Part shown: positions 14,801 through 29,059 of the stretch, one piece after another
Position numbering within the stretch: position 1 is the first letter of the stretch
Layout of the letters: each line of letters starts with the position of its first letter
Source: Leucoraja erinacea
Lineage: Eukaryota
Assembly (NCBI RefSeq): GCF_028641065.1
Contig: NC_073413.1
Location: forward strand, 11,160,001-11,224,000
Length of the DNA stretch: 64,000 nucleotides
Direction: 5' to 3'
Program-made: the position numbers and the translations under genes
Notes under the pieces: generated by a model
The model's database searches: none
Seen by the model: the letters and a program-made list of their open reading frames with translations, nothing else
Told to the model about the DNA's origin: nothing

Positions 14801-15154
14801 CATGAGGTACCAACAGTCCACTGAACATTTACATAGATAGGCACATAGACATGCAGAGAATGGGAGGATATGGAACGTGTGCAGATAGAGGTGATTAGTT
14901 TATCTTGGCATCATGTTCGACACGGACATTGCATGGCCTGTTCCAAGAATTTACTGTCCTATGTTTTATGTTTCTACTAGATCCTTCCCTTCTCACCTCA
15001 TACCCATGTCCTCTAGTTCTTGATTCATCTATCATGAATAAAAAACTCTGTGGAAACAAGGAATTGCAGATGCTGGATTACAAAAGAAAGAGTGGGAACA
15101 GTAGCCACTGGAGAGTGAAATGTCAAAGATTGGATGGAAAAAGACAGACAAAAA

Positions 15155-15560
15155 GCTGGAGTAACTCAGCGGGTCAGGCAGCATCTGTGGAGAACATGGA
15201 TAGGTGACGTTTCACAGAGTGCTGGAGTAACTCAGCGGGTCAGGCAGCATCTGTGGAGAACATGGATAGGTGACGTTTCACAGAGTGCTGGAGTAACTCA
15301 GCGGGTCAGGCAGCATCTGTGGAGAACATGGATAGGTGACGTTTCACAGAGTGCTGGAGTAACTCAGCGGGTCAGGCAGCATCTGTGGAGAACATGGATA
15401 GGTGACGTTTCACAGAGTACTGGAGTAACTCAGCGGGTCAGGCAGCATCTGTGGAGAACATGGATAGGTGACGTTTCACAGAGTACTGGAGTAACTCAGC
15501 GGGACAGGCAGCATCTGTGGAGAACATGGATAGGTGATGTTTCGAGTCAGGACCCTCCTG
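15155..15560. repeat. Tandem array of six 66-bp units derived from the Penelope-like terminal repeat
   Basis: Near-identical units start at 15155, 15221, 15287, 15353, 15419 and 15485. Confidence 0.9.
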
Positions 15561-17824
15561 CCGACTTTGTGATGTGATCAATATACTGATTGCTGTGAGT
15601 TTTTGGATTTGGGCCCAGGGACAGTGGAGGAATGGCCATATATTTCCAGGTGTGTGTACCTGAGAGTGGAAGCTACTGTACCTGCAGAGGTGACACAACC
15701 TGGAGAATCCTGCACAGTTTAAGTCTCCTGGTTTACAAAGGGATGTGCAGGCAGTTGAGAGAAGATTCACAGAGATGATTCCTTGCATAACATGGTTATC
15801 TGATGAGTGTGATGTTTGACCGTGTTGGGCCGGAGCCCCGTGCAGTTTAGAGGAATGAGAGTTGGTCTAGGACTAGTACATGGGTGGGAAATGTGTAGAG
15901 AGATATGGACAAACGGGATTAGCTTGTACGAGGCATCTTGGTCAGCATGGACAGTTTGGCCAAAGGACCCGTTTCTGTGTTGTATGACTATCTTATTGAA
16001 ACATTTAAGATTCAGAGAGGGAACGAGAGAGGATGCTAAAGTTGTTTCTTCCAGGTGCTCCGGTTTCTTCCCACATCACAAAGATGTGCTTGTTGGTAGG
16101 TTAATCGGTCGCTGTAAGTCACCCTAGGTGTGTAGGTGAGTGATAGATACTTGGTGCACATTACAGTGGGTGGGGGACAGATGAAAGAGAGAGTTAGTGG
16201 GGGGATGGGATTGCTGTGTGAGCTGGCCAAAATGACCTTCTTTTACCTTGTATGAAAGCAGACAGCATTCCTCGGCACTCCTGACCTGTGCCTTGTAAAC
16301 TGTGGAACAGTTGTCAGGAGGTGAATCACTCTCTACATAACCCCCCGCGATAGCCCTGGCCTTGACGCACATGTTTATGTGGCTGATCCAGTTATTTCTG
16401 GTTAAGCTGGTTGATGGGGGAAAGAATTTCAATACTTCCAGTCACGGCAAAACACCAGGAAGCCTTCAAAGGTACAAATGTAGGACAGAGAAGGAGCAGG
16501 AGCCCCTGGAAAGTGAAAAGACTGACGATTGGACAAAAAAAGACACAAAGTGCAGGAGTAACTAAGGACCCTTCTTCAGATTGATTGCGTTGGGTGTTTG
16601 GGTCGGTGGGGCAGAGGGGGGGGAGGTGCTTATAGAAACATAGAAACATAGAAATTAGGTGCAGGAGTAGGCCATTCGGCCCTTCGAGCCTGCACCGCCA
16701 TTCATTATGATCATGGCTGATCATCCAACTCAGTATCCCGTACCTGCCTTCTCTCCATACCCCCTGATCCCCTTAGCCACAAGGGCCACATCTAACTCCC
16801 TCTTAAATATAGCTCTTAAATATTATGGTCTAGATAGATGAATGGTCTTTCCTCCTGCCCGTAGAATCATATGGACAGAGGCTGTTCGGCCCATTGTGCC
16901 TGTGATAGCCCTTCAAAGACCTCTCATAGAAACATAGAAACATACAAAATAGGTGCAGGAGTAGGCCATTCGGCCCTTCGAGCTTGCACCGCCATTCAAT
17001 ATGATTATGGCTGATCATCCAACTCAGTATCCTGTACCTGCCTTCTCTCCATACCCCCTGATCCCTCTCCAAGTAGTTGTGGTTTCAATACTGTATTTCC
17101 CTGGAATGATTTCCTTCCCTTATTGATGGAATGACCTTTAAATGTCACTATGAATCTGCTTCCCTTGTCTATTCAGACAAGCACTGTGGATTACAAAAGG
17201 TTGCTGCATAAAAAAGGAATGTCCTTGCCTTCATGCCTGACCTCTGCATGTTAACGCTTGTCTGTGTTATCTGAGGATGTCACATATTAGTAGGAACAGT
17301 TCCTCTCAGCCATTCATAATTTAAAAGAATTCTGTAAAATAAAGTAATGCTGAATGGAAATGGGGGATTCAGCCCACTGAGTCCATGCCAATCATCGATC
17401 ACTCATTCACAATAATCCTACACAAACCCTGTTTTATTTTCCACACACCCCTCTCCACTCTCCCCAGATTCTGCCACTAAACACACTAGGGGCAGTTCAC
17501 AATGGCTGATCAACCTACCAAATGTAGACGTGGAAGGAAACTGGAATGTCCTAAGGAAATTTGCTGGGGTAAAGTGCAGACTCCACCCAGACAGCACCAG
17601 AAGTCAGGATTGAACCTGGGACCCTGGTGCTGAAAGGCAGCAGTTCTACCAGCAGCAACACCATGCTGCCCAAAATCTGGACTATCACTACTGTGAAGAG
17701 AATGATCCTCAGCTGTGACCCCCATTACTGACAACACTCTTGTGGACCTCTTCATGGTGGAGGAAGTGTCAAAGATGTTCTCAAAGTGTCCTTGGGAAGA
17801 ATGTAAGATCCTCAGCAAATGCAT

Positions 17825-18440
17825 TGAGTTTGAGTTTAGTTATTGTCACTTGTACCAAGGTACAGTGAAAAGCTTATGTTGAATACTGGAAAGACAATAC
17901 ATGATTACAATCAAGCCAACCACAGTGTACAGATACATGATAAAGGGAATAACATGAATAATGTTTAATTCAAGATAAAGTCCATTCAAAGATAGTCCGA
18001 AGGTCTCCAATGAGGTATTACTAGTTGGTGGTAGGATGGTTCAGTTGCCTGATAACAGTTGGGAAGAAACTGTCTCTGAATCTGGAGGTGTGCATTTTCA
18101 CACTCTTGCCTGATGAGAGAAGGGGGAAGAGGGAGTGGCCGGGGTGAGACTGGTCCTTGATGATGCTGCTGGCCTTGCCGAGGCAGCGTGAAGTGTAGAT
18201 AGAGTCAATAGATGGAGCCTTGCCGAGGCAGCGTGAGGGAAGATGGAGGTTGAGTTTGTGTGATAGTCTGGGTTGCTGGCCTTGCCGAGGCAGCGTGAGG
18301 TGTAGATGGAGTCAATGGAAGAGGGGTTGGTTTGTGTGATGGTCTGGGTTGCTGGCCTTGCCGAGGCAGCGTGAGGTGTAGATGGAGTCGATGGAAGGGA
18401 GGTTGGTTTGTGTGATAGTCTAGACTGCGTCCACAATTCG
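17825..18440 (-). mobile_element. Rex1-type 3' end with internal tandem duplications at 18170-18430
   Basis: QTITQTNPSSIDSIYTSRCLGKAS is repeated. The 3'UTR is shared with copies near 7890, 10780, 12090, 19015, 39850 and 47295. Confidence 0.75.
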
Positions 18441-21400
18441 GCAATGTCAGGCCAGGGAATCGTGCACAGTTCCCCGTGAGCAGGCTTTGCCCTCTGACTC
18501 AGTGGTGGGATGGCCACCACTGAGAGATGTCTGTAGACGGCATAGACTGCCAGCACATGACCTCCAGCCTCTGACAGTCACTTCATTGGCCACCAGCAGA
18601 TGGTGTGGTGAAGTCTGTGTGGCGGATGGGAACGATTATAATCCACACTGCGGTTTGAACGGAGGGAGCTGTGTGCCAGGAGCCCCTTTCTGCTGAGTTG
18701 CAACCCCCTTGTGCTTACTTGTGCCTTACTCAAGCAGGAGCTTCGTTCCCAGTTGCACGTTACACACAAGTAGAGGCAGGTTGCGGGCCAAGTTTGGTGA
18801 GTGATCGCTGTGAACTCAGCAGACTGTGAGTCACACACTTCAGTGAGATGTCGACCCACTCACCCTCTCTCCACCAGCGGGTCACTTCCTTCCCCAACTA
18901 CTGGGAGAGTGAATCTTGGGATCTAATCTGCATCCCTTCACACCAGCGATCCAAATCCCACTGGGTTTGTGACAGTAATTTCAGTTTTGAAAATATTGGG
19001 TTAAAAGACTGCCATCTTCAGTGTAGCTTAATATTGTCACGTGTACCGAGGTACAGTGAAATGCTTTTTTTGTCAGCTAAAAGACTATGCATGATTACAA
19101 TCAAGTCATCCATAGTGTACATAGTGATAGGCATATGGATGAGAAGGGAATGGGGGGTTATGGTATGAGTGCAGGCAGGTGGGACTAAGGGAAAAAAAAG
19201 TTGTTCGGCACGGACTTGTAGGGCCGAGATGGCCTGTTTCTGTGCTGTAATTGTTATATGGTTGTTATATGTTATATGGTACAGATACAGGGTGAGGAAA
19301 TAAAGTTTAGTGCAAGGTAAAGTCCGATTCAAGTCAAAGGGTCTCCAATGAGGTGGGTGGAAGGTCAGGACCGCTCTCTATTTGGTGATAGGGTGGTTCA
19401 GGAAGAAACTATCCAAGAATCTGTGGTGCATTTTCAAATTCTGCATCTCTTGCCCGATGGGAGAGAGAAGAGGGAGTGATCATGGTGAAACTTGTCCTTG
19501 ATTATGCTGGTGGCCTTGCTGAGGCAATGTGAAGTGTAAATAGAAGTGAAAAAAGGAGAAAATGGACACAAAGTGCAGGAGTAACTCAGCAGACCAAGCA
19601 GCATCTCTGGGGTACGTGGACAGGTCAGGACAAGGACCATCCGAAACATCACCTATCCATGTTCTCCAGAGATGCTGCCTGACCCACTGAGTTACTCCAG
19701 CATTTTGTGTCTTTGTAAACAAGCATACGCAGTTCCTTGTTTCTAGAGACAAGATGGGACTAGCTGCATGTTGCAAAGCCCCATATTTGTGATTGGAGAT
19801 CTCCCCCATCCTGTACCATGACTGTCTGAGACCAGATGTGACTGTTCACACAGTGTGGTCATGCAAATCATTCCATTCTGTCATTCTGCTGCCTCCTACT
19901 GCCTTCTGTGAAGAAGGCAGCCCAAGCCAAATCTGTACAGGGCAACTTTAGATGAGCAGCAGATACTGGTCTCAAACTGCCATTTCCTCTCTCCCTTGCT
20001 CATATCATTCATCCATTCTGTCTCTCTTCAACCTCCTTTCCCACTGCTTCTCTCTTTCCCACACCTTTTTATCCGCCCCATTTTCTCTCTCCCACACACC
20101 TCCTCCAATTGCCAATTCTTCCTCACTCTTTCTTCCATTTCTCTTTCTCACATTCTTTCTCTTTGGCTCTTGCCCATGTCCCCTCTCTCGCACTTCCTCT
20201 TTCACTCTGTCTCTCCCTAATCCTCACCCCCCACTTCCCCTCACATAATCTATCGCTGTTGCTCATGTTATGCAGGCAGTAAAACTGTCAGTGAAAGGGT
20301 CAGAAGTGATGTGATCAAGCATCACAAGCTGGTCTTGGCAGTAATTGGCTCCAATAAAAACCTTTAACCTGCTTGTGGAGCATTTATGATGTTAGTTATT
20401 CCCAAACTGTTTTGCTTGTTGGTGAAAATATGAAAGATAACTAAACAGGATATTAAAAATAATCTCAAATCTTTGCTAAATGATTTGAAAGTCGGTTGAT
20501 TTCCCAAGCAATTTTATTCCACCGTCATATCTTTACTCTTCAATATAACCTTCCGGGCCAATGTTTACTTACGACCTCAATGTGATTATTCTTTCTGTAA
20601 AATGTATTCTACATTATCATGGTGTTTAATCTCATGTACGCACTGTTTGCAAATTCCAAAGCAGTTCTGAAGGTTCGCTGTCTAGTTTTGAGAGATACAG
20701 CATGGAAACAGACCATTTGTCCCACCGAGACCACATCGACCATCAATCACTAGTTCTATGTTATCCCACTTTCTCATCCACTCCCTACACACTAGGGGCA
20801 ATTCACTGAGGCTAATTAACCTACAAGACTGCCTGTCTTTGGGATATGGGAGGAAACCAGAGCACCCGGAGGATACCCACTCGGTCACAAGGAGAATCCA
20901 CACAGACAGGATCAAACTCGGGTCTCTGGCGCTGTGAGGCAGCACCTCCACTCCAGCAACATATCACAATGTTTAAAAGACATTTAGACAGGTGCATGCA
21001 TAGGATAGGTTTAGAGGGATATGTGCCCATCGCAGGCAGGTGGGACTAGTGTAGCTGGGGCATGCATGTTGGTCAGTGTGGGCAAGTCAGGCTGAAGGGC
21101 CTGTTTCCACGTTGTGTCACTCCATGACTAAATGATCTAAGAGAGGGAGATAGGCAGACTGTGCAAACTTGTGCTGCATCCATGAGGTGAGTTGGAAGCT
21201 GCCCACACAAAGTGACGGAGGAACTCAATGGGTCAGGCAGCATCTGTGGAAGGAATGGACAGATCATGTTTCGGGCCGGGACTCTTTTTCTGATGTACAC
21301 TCCTCCAGTACACTCCTCATGTCCATTCTCAAGTCCCTACATCCACCTCAGATGCCCCTGTCCTCTGCTGACCGGTTACATAACTTCTTCAATCTCCTCC

Positions 21401-23207
21401 TTAAACTCCTTTCCTTCCCTCCTCCCTTAAGAACCTCCATAAAAATATCCTCCTTTGCTCTGGTGTCAACTTGCTGCCCAGGTTGCTTACAGTCCTGAGG
21501 TTGGATCCCAGCCTAAAACATTGACCGTGACTCTGCCTCCACGAGGGTGCCCATGGGGCCCATTGAACTCCTCCAGTAGTTTGCTCTTGCTGCAGATCCT
21601 GGCATCTGCAGACTCGAATGCCACCTCGCAATTTACTTTGGAGTGGTTTCTCTCTGCCAAAAGATGCCTATTCAACGCAAGTTGTTATTGAGAGGAAGAA
21701 TTAATGGGGGGTCAGTGTCCGTGGGGACAGATCTATTTGCTTCAGTTTTCCTGTGTCTGAACATTTTGTTACTGTGTGGCTTACAAGTCGCCGTCACTGA
21801 GGTTAATGTTTGTTGCTAAATGCTAAAATTAAGAGCGTTAAGACTCCCTTATTTTGTAAGCTGGTTGATGCTGGACATCTCAGATGATACGGCACAGAAA
21901 TAACCCATCAGCTCTCTGAGTCCACACTGACCGCCAAGCACCCAATTGTACCAATCCTACACTTTAGTCTCCCCATTCTCCCATCAACCTGCCCCTGAGT
22001 CTACCACTCCCCTACACACTGGAGATTATTTACAAACGCCAATTATCCCACCGACCCACGCATCTTTGAGACGTGTGAGGAAACCAGAGCACCTGCGTGA
22101 ACCCACATGGTCCCAGGGAGAGGTATATGAAATCAGGAGAGGAATGCATCATGAGTCTCCTGCCCAGAGTAGGTGAATCGAGGACCAGAGGACATAGGTT
22201 CAAGGTGGAGGCGAAAAGATTTAATATGAATCTGAGGGGTAACTTTTTCACACAAAGGGTGATGGATGTATGGAACAAGCTACGGGGTGGAAGATTGCTA
22301 CTTTCACATGGTCCGCCATGTTTCGACTAATGCAATCAACTCGACGTGCACAAACAGAAGATCAAATAGAACAAGTTGTCCTACAACTTTAGGCTGTGCA
22401 CGCCACATGAAAGAAGACGAAGAATAAGCTGCCAGAGGTGGTAGTTGAGACTGGGACTATCCCAACGTTTTAAGAAACAGTTAGACAGGTACATGGATAG
22501 GACAGGTTTGGAGGGATGTGGACCAAACGCAGGCAGGTGGAACGAGTGTAGCTGGGATATGTTGGTCGATGTGGGCAAGTTGAGCTGTATCACTCTATGA
22601 CTATGACCTGGATCACTGGAGCTCTGAGGCAATGCCTGTACCCGCTGTGCCACTGTGCCGCCCTATCTACACCACATTAAATAATGACCACTTTCATAGC
22701 TTCACTATGAAAAACATCTTGTTTAGTGACTCCCACCATATCTTGCCAGCTATGAAGGTCTTGCTCAAAGTGCAGCCATGGTCATGATGTATCAAACACA
22801 ACAGCCAATTTGAACAAGGAAGCTCCCAAAAACAGCAATGGGAAAAAGATCTAGTGAAAGATAAATATTAGCAAGGAGCACACAGGTAAACACCCCGGTT
22901 TGTGCTTCAGTTAAATTTAGATGACACTCAGACAAATCTATGGGCTTTAAGCAGCATCTTAACGGGTGAGAGGTGGAGCTATGAAATAATTTCAGAGCTC
23001 GGGACCCAAGCTGCTAAAAACACTGCCTTCAGTGGTGAACGGGTTAAATTCCAGGATTTTGAAATCACATTGTGAAGTGCAACATTCTCTTCCAAAGGCT
23101 GCAGGAGAAGATTACAGAGAGGGAAGGTCGAGGGGTTTAAAAACTGAGACAGACATGTTAATATCGACTCATTGAAAAACTGGGAGCTTGTGTATTGTAG
23201 TAAGTAC

Positions 23208-23415
23208 GGGCGGCCAGGTGGCGCAGCGGTAGAGTTGCTGCCTCACAACGTCAGAGACCCGGGTTCCATCCTGACTACGGGTGTTGTCTGTAAGGGGTTT
23301 GCACGTTCTCCCCGTGACCTGCGTGGGTTTTCTCCCAGATCTTCGGCTTCCTCCCACACTCCAAAGACACGCAGATTTGTAGATTAATTGGCTTGGTGTA
23401 ATTTTTCTCCCTAGT
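23208..23415 (+). mobile_element. tRNA-derived V-SINE (HE1-like)
   Basis: A-box GGTGGCGCAGCGG, B-box-like GGGTTCCATCC, V-domain GTTTGCACGTTCTCCCCGTG..GTGGGTTTTCTCC..CCTCCCACACTCCAAAGAC. Confidence 0.85.
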
Positions 23416-26249
23416 GAGATCTTCGGCTTCCGTCCCACATTCCCACTGTAAGACATGGCTGCCAGAGGAAGTACAGAAGTACAGGGCCTCGGACAGAAAT
23501 GTGTTCTGACCCGCAAATGGGAGTTACTGGTCAGCATGTACCTGGGCAGAATGGCCTTTTCGTGTGTATGTCTGTCTGCAATGAGGACAGCATCTCCGGT
23601 TAGGTCAGCCTCGACCAGAAATTCATTCTGACGCTGAGTCCAGAGACATGAGAACTGAGCAGAACATGAAAGGAGATGAGATGAGACTGGAATGGAATTC
23701 AGTAAATCCCTCGGGAAGTGACTCATCCGTGGTGGCACTAGCCTGACCAGCCTCTGTCTCCCAAGAACAGTTTGTGTGTCAGTCTCAAGCATGTTTGTGC
23801 GTCTTGACAAGGCCAGATGGAATTAATGGCCAGCAACCTGCCAAGACGTCTCTCCCAACAAGACCATTAATGAAGAGGCCTCTCTTCTCCAAGGGAAGGA
23901 AATAAATAAGACATTTATTTGTCTGAAGTATTAACATTGGCCTCTCGAAAACAAATCTGTGAAAGATATGCACTGACCTCCTGAAATATTTTCCTGCCGT
24001 AAAGAAAAACATGAAACAAGCTAAAGAACACTAAAAACATACATGACATACTAAAAAAGCAACAAAGAAGAAAGGGACAGACAGACTGTTGGCGAGGCAG
24101 CCATTGCTGGTGCCACCTGGTATTTCTATTTAAGCTGAGAGAGGTAAGTTTTAAAGGAGATGTGCAGGGCAAGTTTTGTACACAGAGGGTGGTGAGTACC
24201 TGTAATGCACTGCTAGGGGGCGGTGGTGGAGGCAGATACCATAGTGGCATTTAAGAGGCTCTTAGATAGGCACATGGCTATGCAGGGAATGGAGGGATAT
24301 GGATCACGTGCAGGTGGAGGAGATTAGTTTCATGGCATCAAGTTTGGCATGGACATTGTGGGCTGGAGGGCCTGTTCTTGTGCTGTAGCGTTCCCTGTTC
24401 CCTCTTAATATTGTTCCTTAATACTGCCCTGTGCCAAGTTCTCACAGTGGAAACGGTGGACAAGGTGATGATGGGGCTGTGGATAGTGCATCCTGGTTTC
24501 CCATCTACTGAACGAGTTCATGCCAACCTTCCGATGGGTGAAAATTCCCCACATTCATCAGCCTAAATTACAGGACATGGCAATTCGGAGAATCGTGGGG
24601 GAAACTTAAATAATTAGTTGGAAAGAGACATCTCTTGTCTCTGTGGGGTCCACATTCTTAAGTGAATGAATCAACATGGAAAATACCTTGAAACTCGAAA
24701 GAATCGTCAGGGATTATTCTCAATATCCGGTCAGAGAGGAAATCAAAGGCATTTCGAAAAGAATTCAACTAACTAAAAATATCTTCAGGAATGCTATGAA
24801 TATTGATGCCAAGCAGCAGGAGTGTGTAACTTGTTAGTGAGGGGGGAGGGCAGCGTTGCAGAAACTCCTGCTGCCCCTGGTCCTCTCTCACCCATCTCCT
24901 GTCCCAGTGATACACCGAACCACACTGCTACCAGGGTTGGGAGAACAAGGGTCAGGGTGGAGGGGTCATCACCTTTGCACTACCCACGGTCAACGAAAGC
25001 TCTGCCCATCAGATGGGGCAGTTGCTGATACTGACACAGGACAAGGCCATTCAGCCAACTAGCCCATACTAACCCCCAAGACAGTAAATCCCTCACATAG
25101 TGTGAATGCACAAAGACTTTTTCCCCAGGGTGAGGGAATCAAGAACTAGAGGGCAGAGATTTAAGGAGGGAGGAGAAAGATTTAATAAGAACCTGAGCGG
25201 TAACCTTTTCACAAACCGATACTGACACACTGCCCCGTTCTTGAGACCACCTATAAACATTGACAATCATTCATTCAATCCCTGGGAAGCCCTGCTGATA
25301 CTGACACTCTCCCAGCCCCAGACTACCTTCGTGGGAATGCAAGCCAACTAGAGGGCCTTAGATGCTATAATTGTGCTCTGTGAGGTCACAGAGTACCTCA
25401 GCTTTATCATTCAGAACCTGAGCGGAAACCTTTTCACTCCGATACGACACACTGCCCCGTAGATAGATGATACCACCTATAAACAGAAATCTTGACATTG
25501 CATCATTCATCCCTGGGAAGCCCTGCTGATACTGACACTCTCCCAGCCCCAGAATCTACTACCTCCGTGGAACTGCTCTGCCATCTTGTGGCCTTACCTG
25601 CTATTACAATTGTGCTCTGTGCTGCCCTCTCGTCACAGCACCCTGGTACCTCAGCTTTATCATTCATTGTGGCTCAGAATAGAAAGCGCTTGTGGAACTC
25701 AGTGGGTCAGGCAGCAGCTGTGGAGGGCATGGATAGGAACTGGTGGGACAGCATAAGATATCCTATTTGGATAGCTTACAACCTAATGGTATGAACATTG
25801 GAGATACAATGAACTGCAGATGTGTAAGAAAGAACTGCAGATGCTGGATAAAATCGAAGGTAGACACAAAATCCTGGAGTACAAAAAAAGCACACAAACG
25901 GATCATGCGGCATCTCTGGAGAACGTGGATAGGTGACATTTCAGCTTGGGACCCCTCTTGACAACTTCCACAGGTGTACTTATAAAGCTTATATTGACTA
26001 GTTGTATTGTGGCCTGGTTTGGCAACTCGAACGCCCAGGAATGAAAATTATAAAATGCAGTGGACATAGCCTAGTCCATCATGGGTACTCACCTCCCCAC
26101 CATCGAAGGGATCTACATCGGGAAGAAGGTCCAGGAGCCTGACAGCTGTGATCTCCAGGTTCAAGAACAGCTTCTTCCCAACAACCACCAGGCTTTTGAA
26201 CGCTGCACAACACTAACCTCAGACTCTGTGGAACCTCTCCGCTTATGGC

Positions 26250-26841
26250 TATAGTTACCAATTTACTCACTCCCAAATAAGGGACAAAAGGTCAAAGTAA
26301 GTGGCAAGTTCCGACGGCAATTCATTGACCGACACGGCCGTGGTTGGGTGAATGATGAGTTGGCCCGACTGCTGGACTGCACACAAAGCCCAGCCGGCCG
26401 GCGGGCCAGCTGTGGAGTTTCAGCCCGGGCGCCGGACGTTGCACGCCAGGGCCAAAACCCCTCAGCTGGCCCGCTGGCTAGACCTTGTGTTCTGCTGCAC
26501 GCAAAGTCCGGCACCCCGTCCAACTCATGAACCGATGATCGGCCATGAGAAGGAGGGGTGGTGGTGGTGGTGGTGTCGGCGGTAAGCGATGGTCTGAAGG
26601 TCAGACAGCTGGCCGGGCTGCCGACCAACGGGGCCACGGGCGAGGCGCTGCTGCTTCACTCCATGGGCTGCACTACGTTGGGATGGGTGAGGGGGGGGGG
26701 CCGGACGCGGCGCGGACTCGACAGTCCCCTCGACCTGAGTAGTAGCGGTCATATACGGAACAAAGGCAGTCCCCTTTGGGACAAACCTATATAGCCCAAT
26801 GTACGCTTTGCCCGGCTAATACGAGACAGTTGGGAACCTTA
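26250..26841. mobile_element. Non-autonomous hAT-type DNA transposon, CpG-rich
   Basis: Degenerate TIRs TATAGTTACCAA / TTGGGAACCTTA, 8-bp TSD CTTATGGC / CCTATGGC, subterminal GGGAC motifs. Confidence 0.65.
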
Positions 26842-28599
26842 CCTATGGCATTACCGACAATTACAATTGTGAATATAGACACAAAATGCTGGAGCAACTC
26901 AACGGGACAGCCAGTATCTCTGGAGAGAAGGAATGGGTGATGTTTCGGGTCAAGACCCTGTCCCACTGAGTTTCTCCAGCGTTTTGTATCTACGGTTTAA
27001 ACCAGCACCTGCAGTTCCTTCTTACAAATTATAATTGTGCTCCGTGTTGCCCTGCTGTGATAGCACCCTGGTATGGCAGCTTTATCATTCATATGGTCAC
27101 AAGTGATAGGAGCAGATAGACCATTCGGCCCATCAAGTCTATTCCCCCATTCAATCATGGCTGATCTATTTCTCCCTCCTAACCCCATTCTCCTGCCTTC
27201 GCCCCATAACCTCTGACACCAGTTCATTGTGGCACAGAACAGAAAGTGCTGGGGGAACTCAGCGGGTCAGGCAGCATCTGTAGAGGGAATAGATAGGAAC
27301 TGGTGGAACAGCATAGCATATTCTACTTGGATAGCTTACGACATTGGAGACACAAGGATCTACAGATGCTGGTTTACACAAACAGACAAAGTGCTGGAGT
27401 AACTCAGTGGGACAGGCAGCATCTCTGGGGGAGGAAATGGATAGGTTACGTTTTGGGTCAGGATCTGAAGGAGGGTCCCAATACATCACCTATTCATTTT
27501 CTCCAGAAATGCTGCCTGACCCGCAAAGCTACTCCATCATTTTGTGTGTTTCTTTGGTATAAACCAGCATCTGCAGTTCCTCCTTATTACACAGCATCTC
27601 TGGAGAACATGCTTAGTTGGGTTGGGACCCTTCTTCAGGCTGCACTCCTGTCTGATTTCACCTATTCACAAGGTCTCTTTGACACTGACTGCATCTCCAC
27701 TGACGTTAATGCAGCTTCCTCACTGAGCCCTGTGCCCCAGGACCCTGTGTAACTGACTGTATTGTCACTGACTGGTATGTGTCACTGACTATATCCCCGC
27801 TGCAGTTAATCTGGTGACCCTCTCCCCTGCGCCCTGTGTCACTTCTTATTATTATCGAGTCCACACACGGGGTGGAAGATTACAACCTTCACGTGGTCCA
27901 CAAACAAGATTAGAAGTTGTTCAGCCAGAGTTGAACACGCCACAAGATTAGAGTTCTAATGTGAGAATGAAACAGGAGAGAGATAGGGAGAGAACACACT
28001 TCTCGGCATCTGCATGCAATGGTGTCTGTCTTGTGTGTGGCGGTGGGAAGATTGGTGAAAACAGGGCCGCGATCGACGTGAATGCTCTTTCCTTGACCCC
28101 CGTGTCACTGACTGTCTCCCCGCTGACGTTAACCCAGCTCACACACACACACACACTGCCACCCGTAGAAGGCCTGCTCTGTAATTGGTCTCAGCCTGGC
28201 TGTGAGAGCTGCTGTTCGTGTTACTCGTGGCCACGGAGAGGCCTGCCTGTTCCCAGTCAGCGTAGAGCTGTGATAACATCCCTGGAGGCTTGTGTCAGCT
28301 GCGGCCCTAGGTCTGTAGGCGTTGTGTGATGATCCACTGCCTGTGTAATTGGCAGACACCAGCAGTTAATTAGTAACAAATGATGCAGAGGGCTCCCTCC
28401 TTCAGGCACAGATTTGCGAGCGCATTCCTCCGTGTGACGGAGAGAGAGAGAGAGAGAGAGAGAGAGCGATTACGGGAGAGGGAGGATTTTCAGGAATGTT
28501 GGATGCTGAGGGGAGACCTGATAGTTTATAAATTGATGAGAGACATAGATAGGGTGGGCAGTCTTTTCCCCAGAGTAGAAATACTGTATCAAAGAGGTC

Positions 28600-28975
28600 A
28601 TAGAAACATAGAAACATAGAAAATAGGTGCAGGAGTAGGCCATTTGGCCCTACGAGCCTGCACCGCCATTCGATATGATCATGGCTGCTCATCGAACTCA
28701 GTATCCCGTCCCTGCCTTCTCTCCATACCCCCCGATCCCTTTAGCCACAAGGGCCACATCTAACTCCCTCTTAAATATAGCCAATGAACTGTGGCCTCAA
28801 CTACCTTCTGTGGCAGAGAGTTCCACAGATTCACCACTCTGTGTGTAAAAAATGATTTTCTCGTCTTGGTCCTAAAAGATTTCCCCCTTATCCTTAAATT
28901 GTGACCCCTAGTTCTGGACTTCCCCAACATCGGGAATAATCTTCCTGCATCTAGCCTGTCCAACCCCTCTAAGAC
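28600..28975 (-). mobile_element. CR1 LINE 3' fragment
   Basis: [33 protein letters not shown], with a CATAGAAA tail on the plus strand. Confidence 0.85.
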
Positions 28976-29059
28976 TATCACACATGTAAATGGTGCTGTG
29001 GAGATTGAAGGAAATCAGGAGAGGAAAGAAGACATGAAAAGTTTGAGAGACATGGAAAC

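Noticed and set aside
15134-15577. Repeat array as a CRISPR or repeat protein
   Set aside because: Contiguous identical units with no spacers, eukaryotic context, and TE-derived.
23208-23275. tRNA-like sequences at SINE heads
   Set aside because: These are Pol III promoter regions of V-SINEs, continuous with SINE bodies, not tRNA genes.
23169-23810. 213-aa minus-strand ORF
   Set aside because: Non-ATG start, half lies within a SINE, and no recognisable protein motif.
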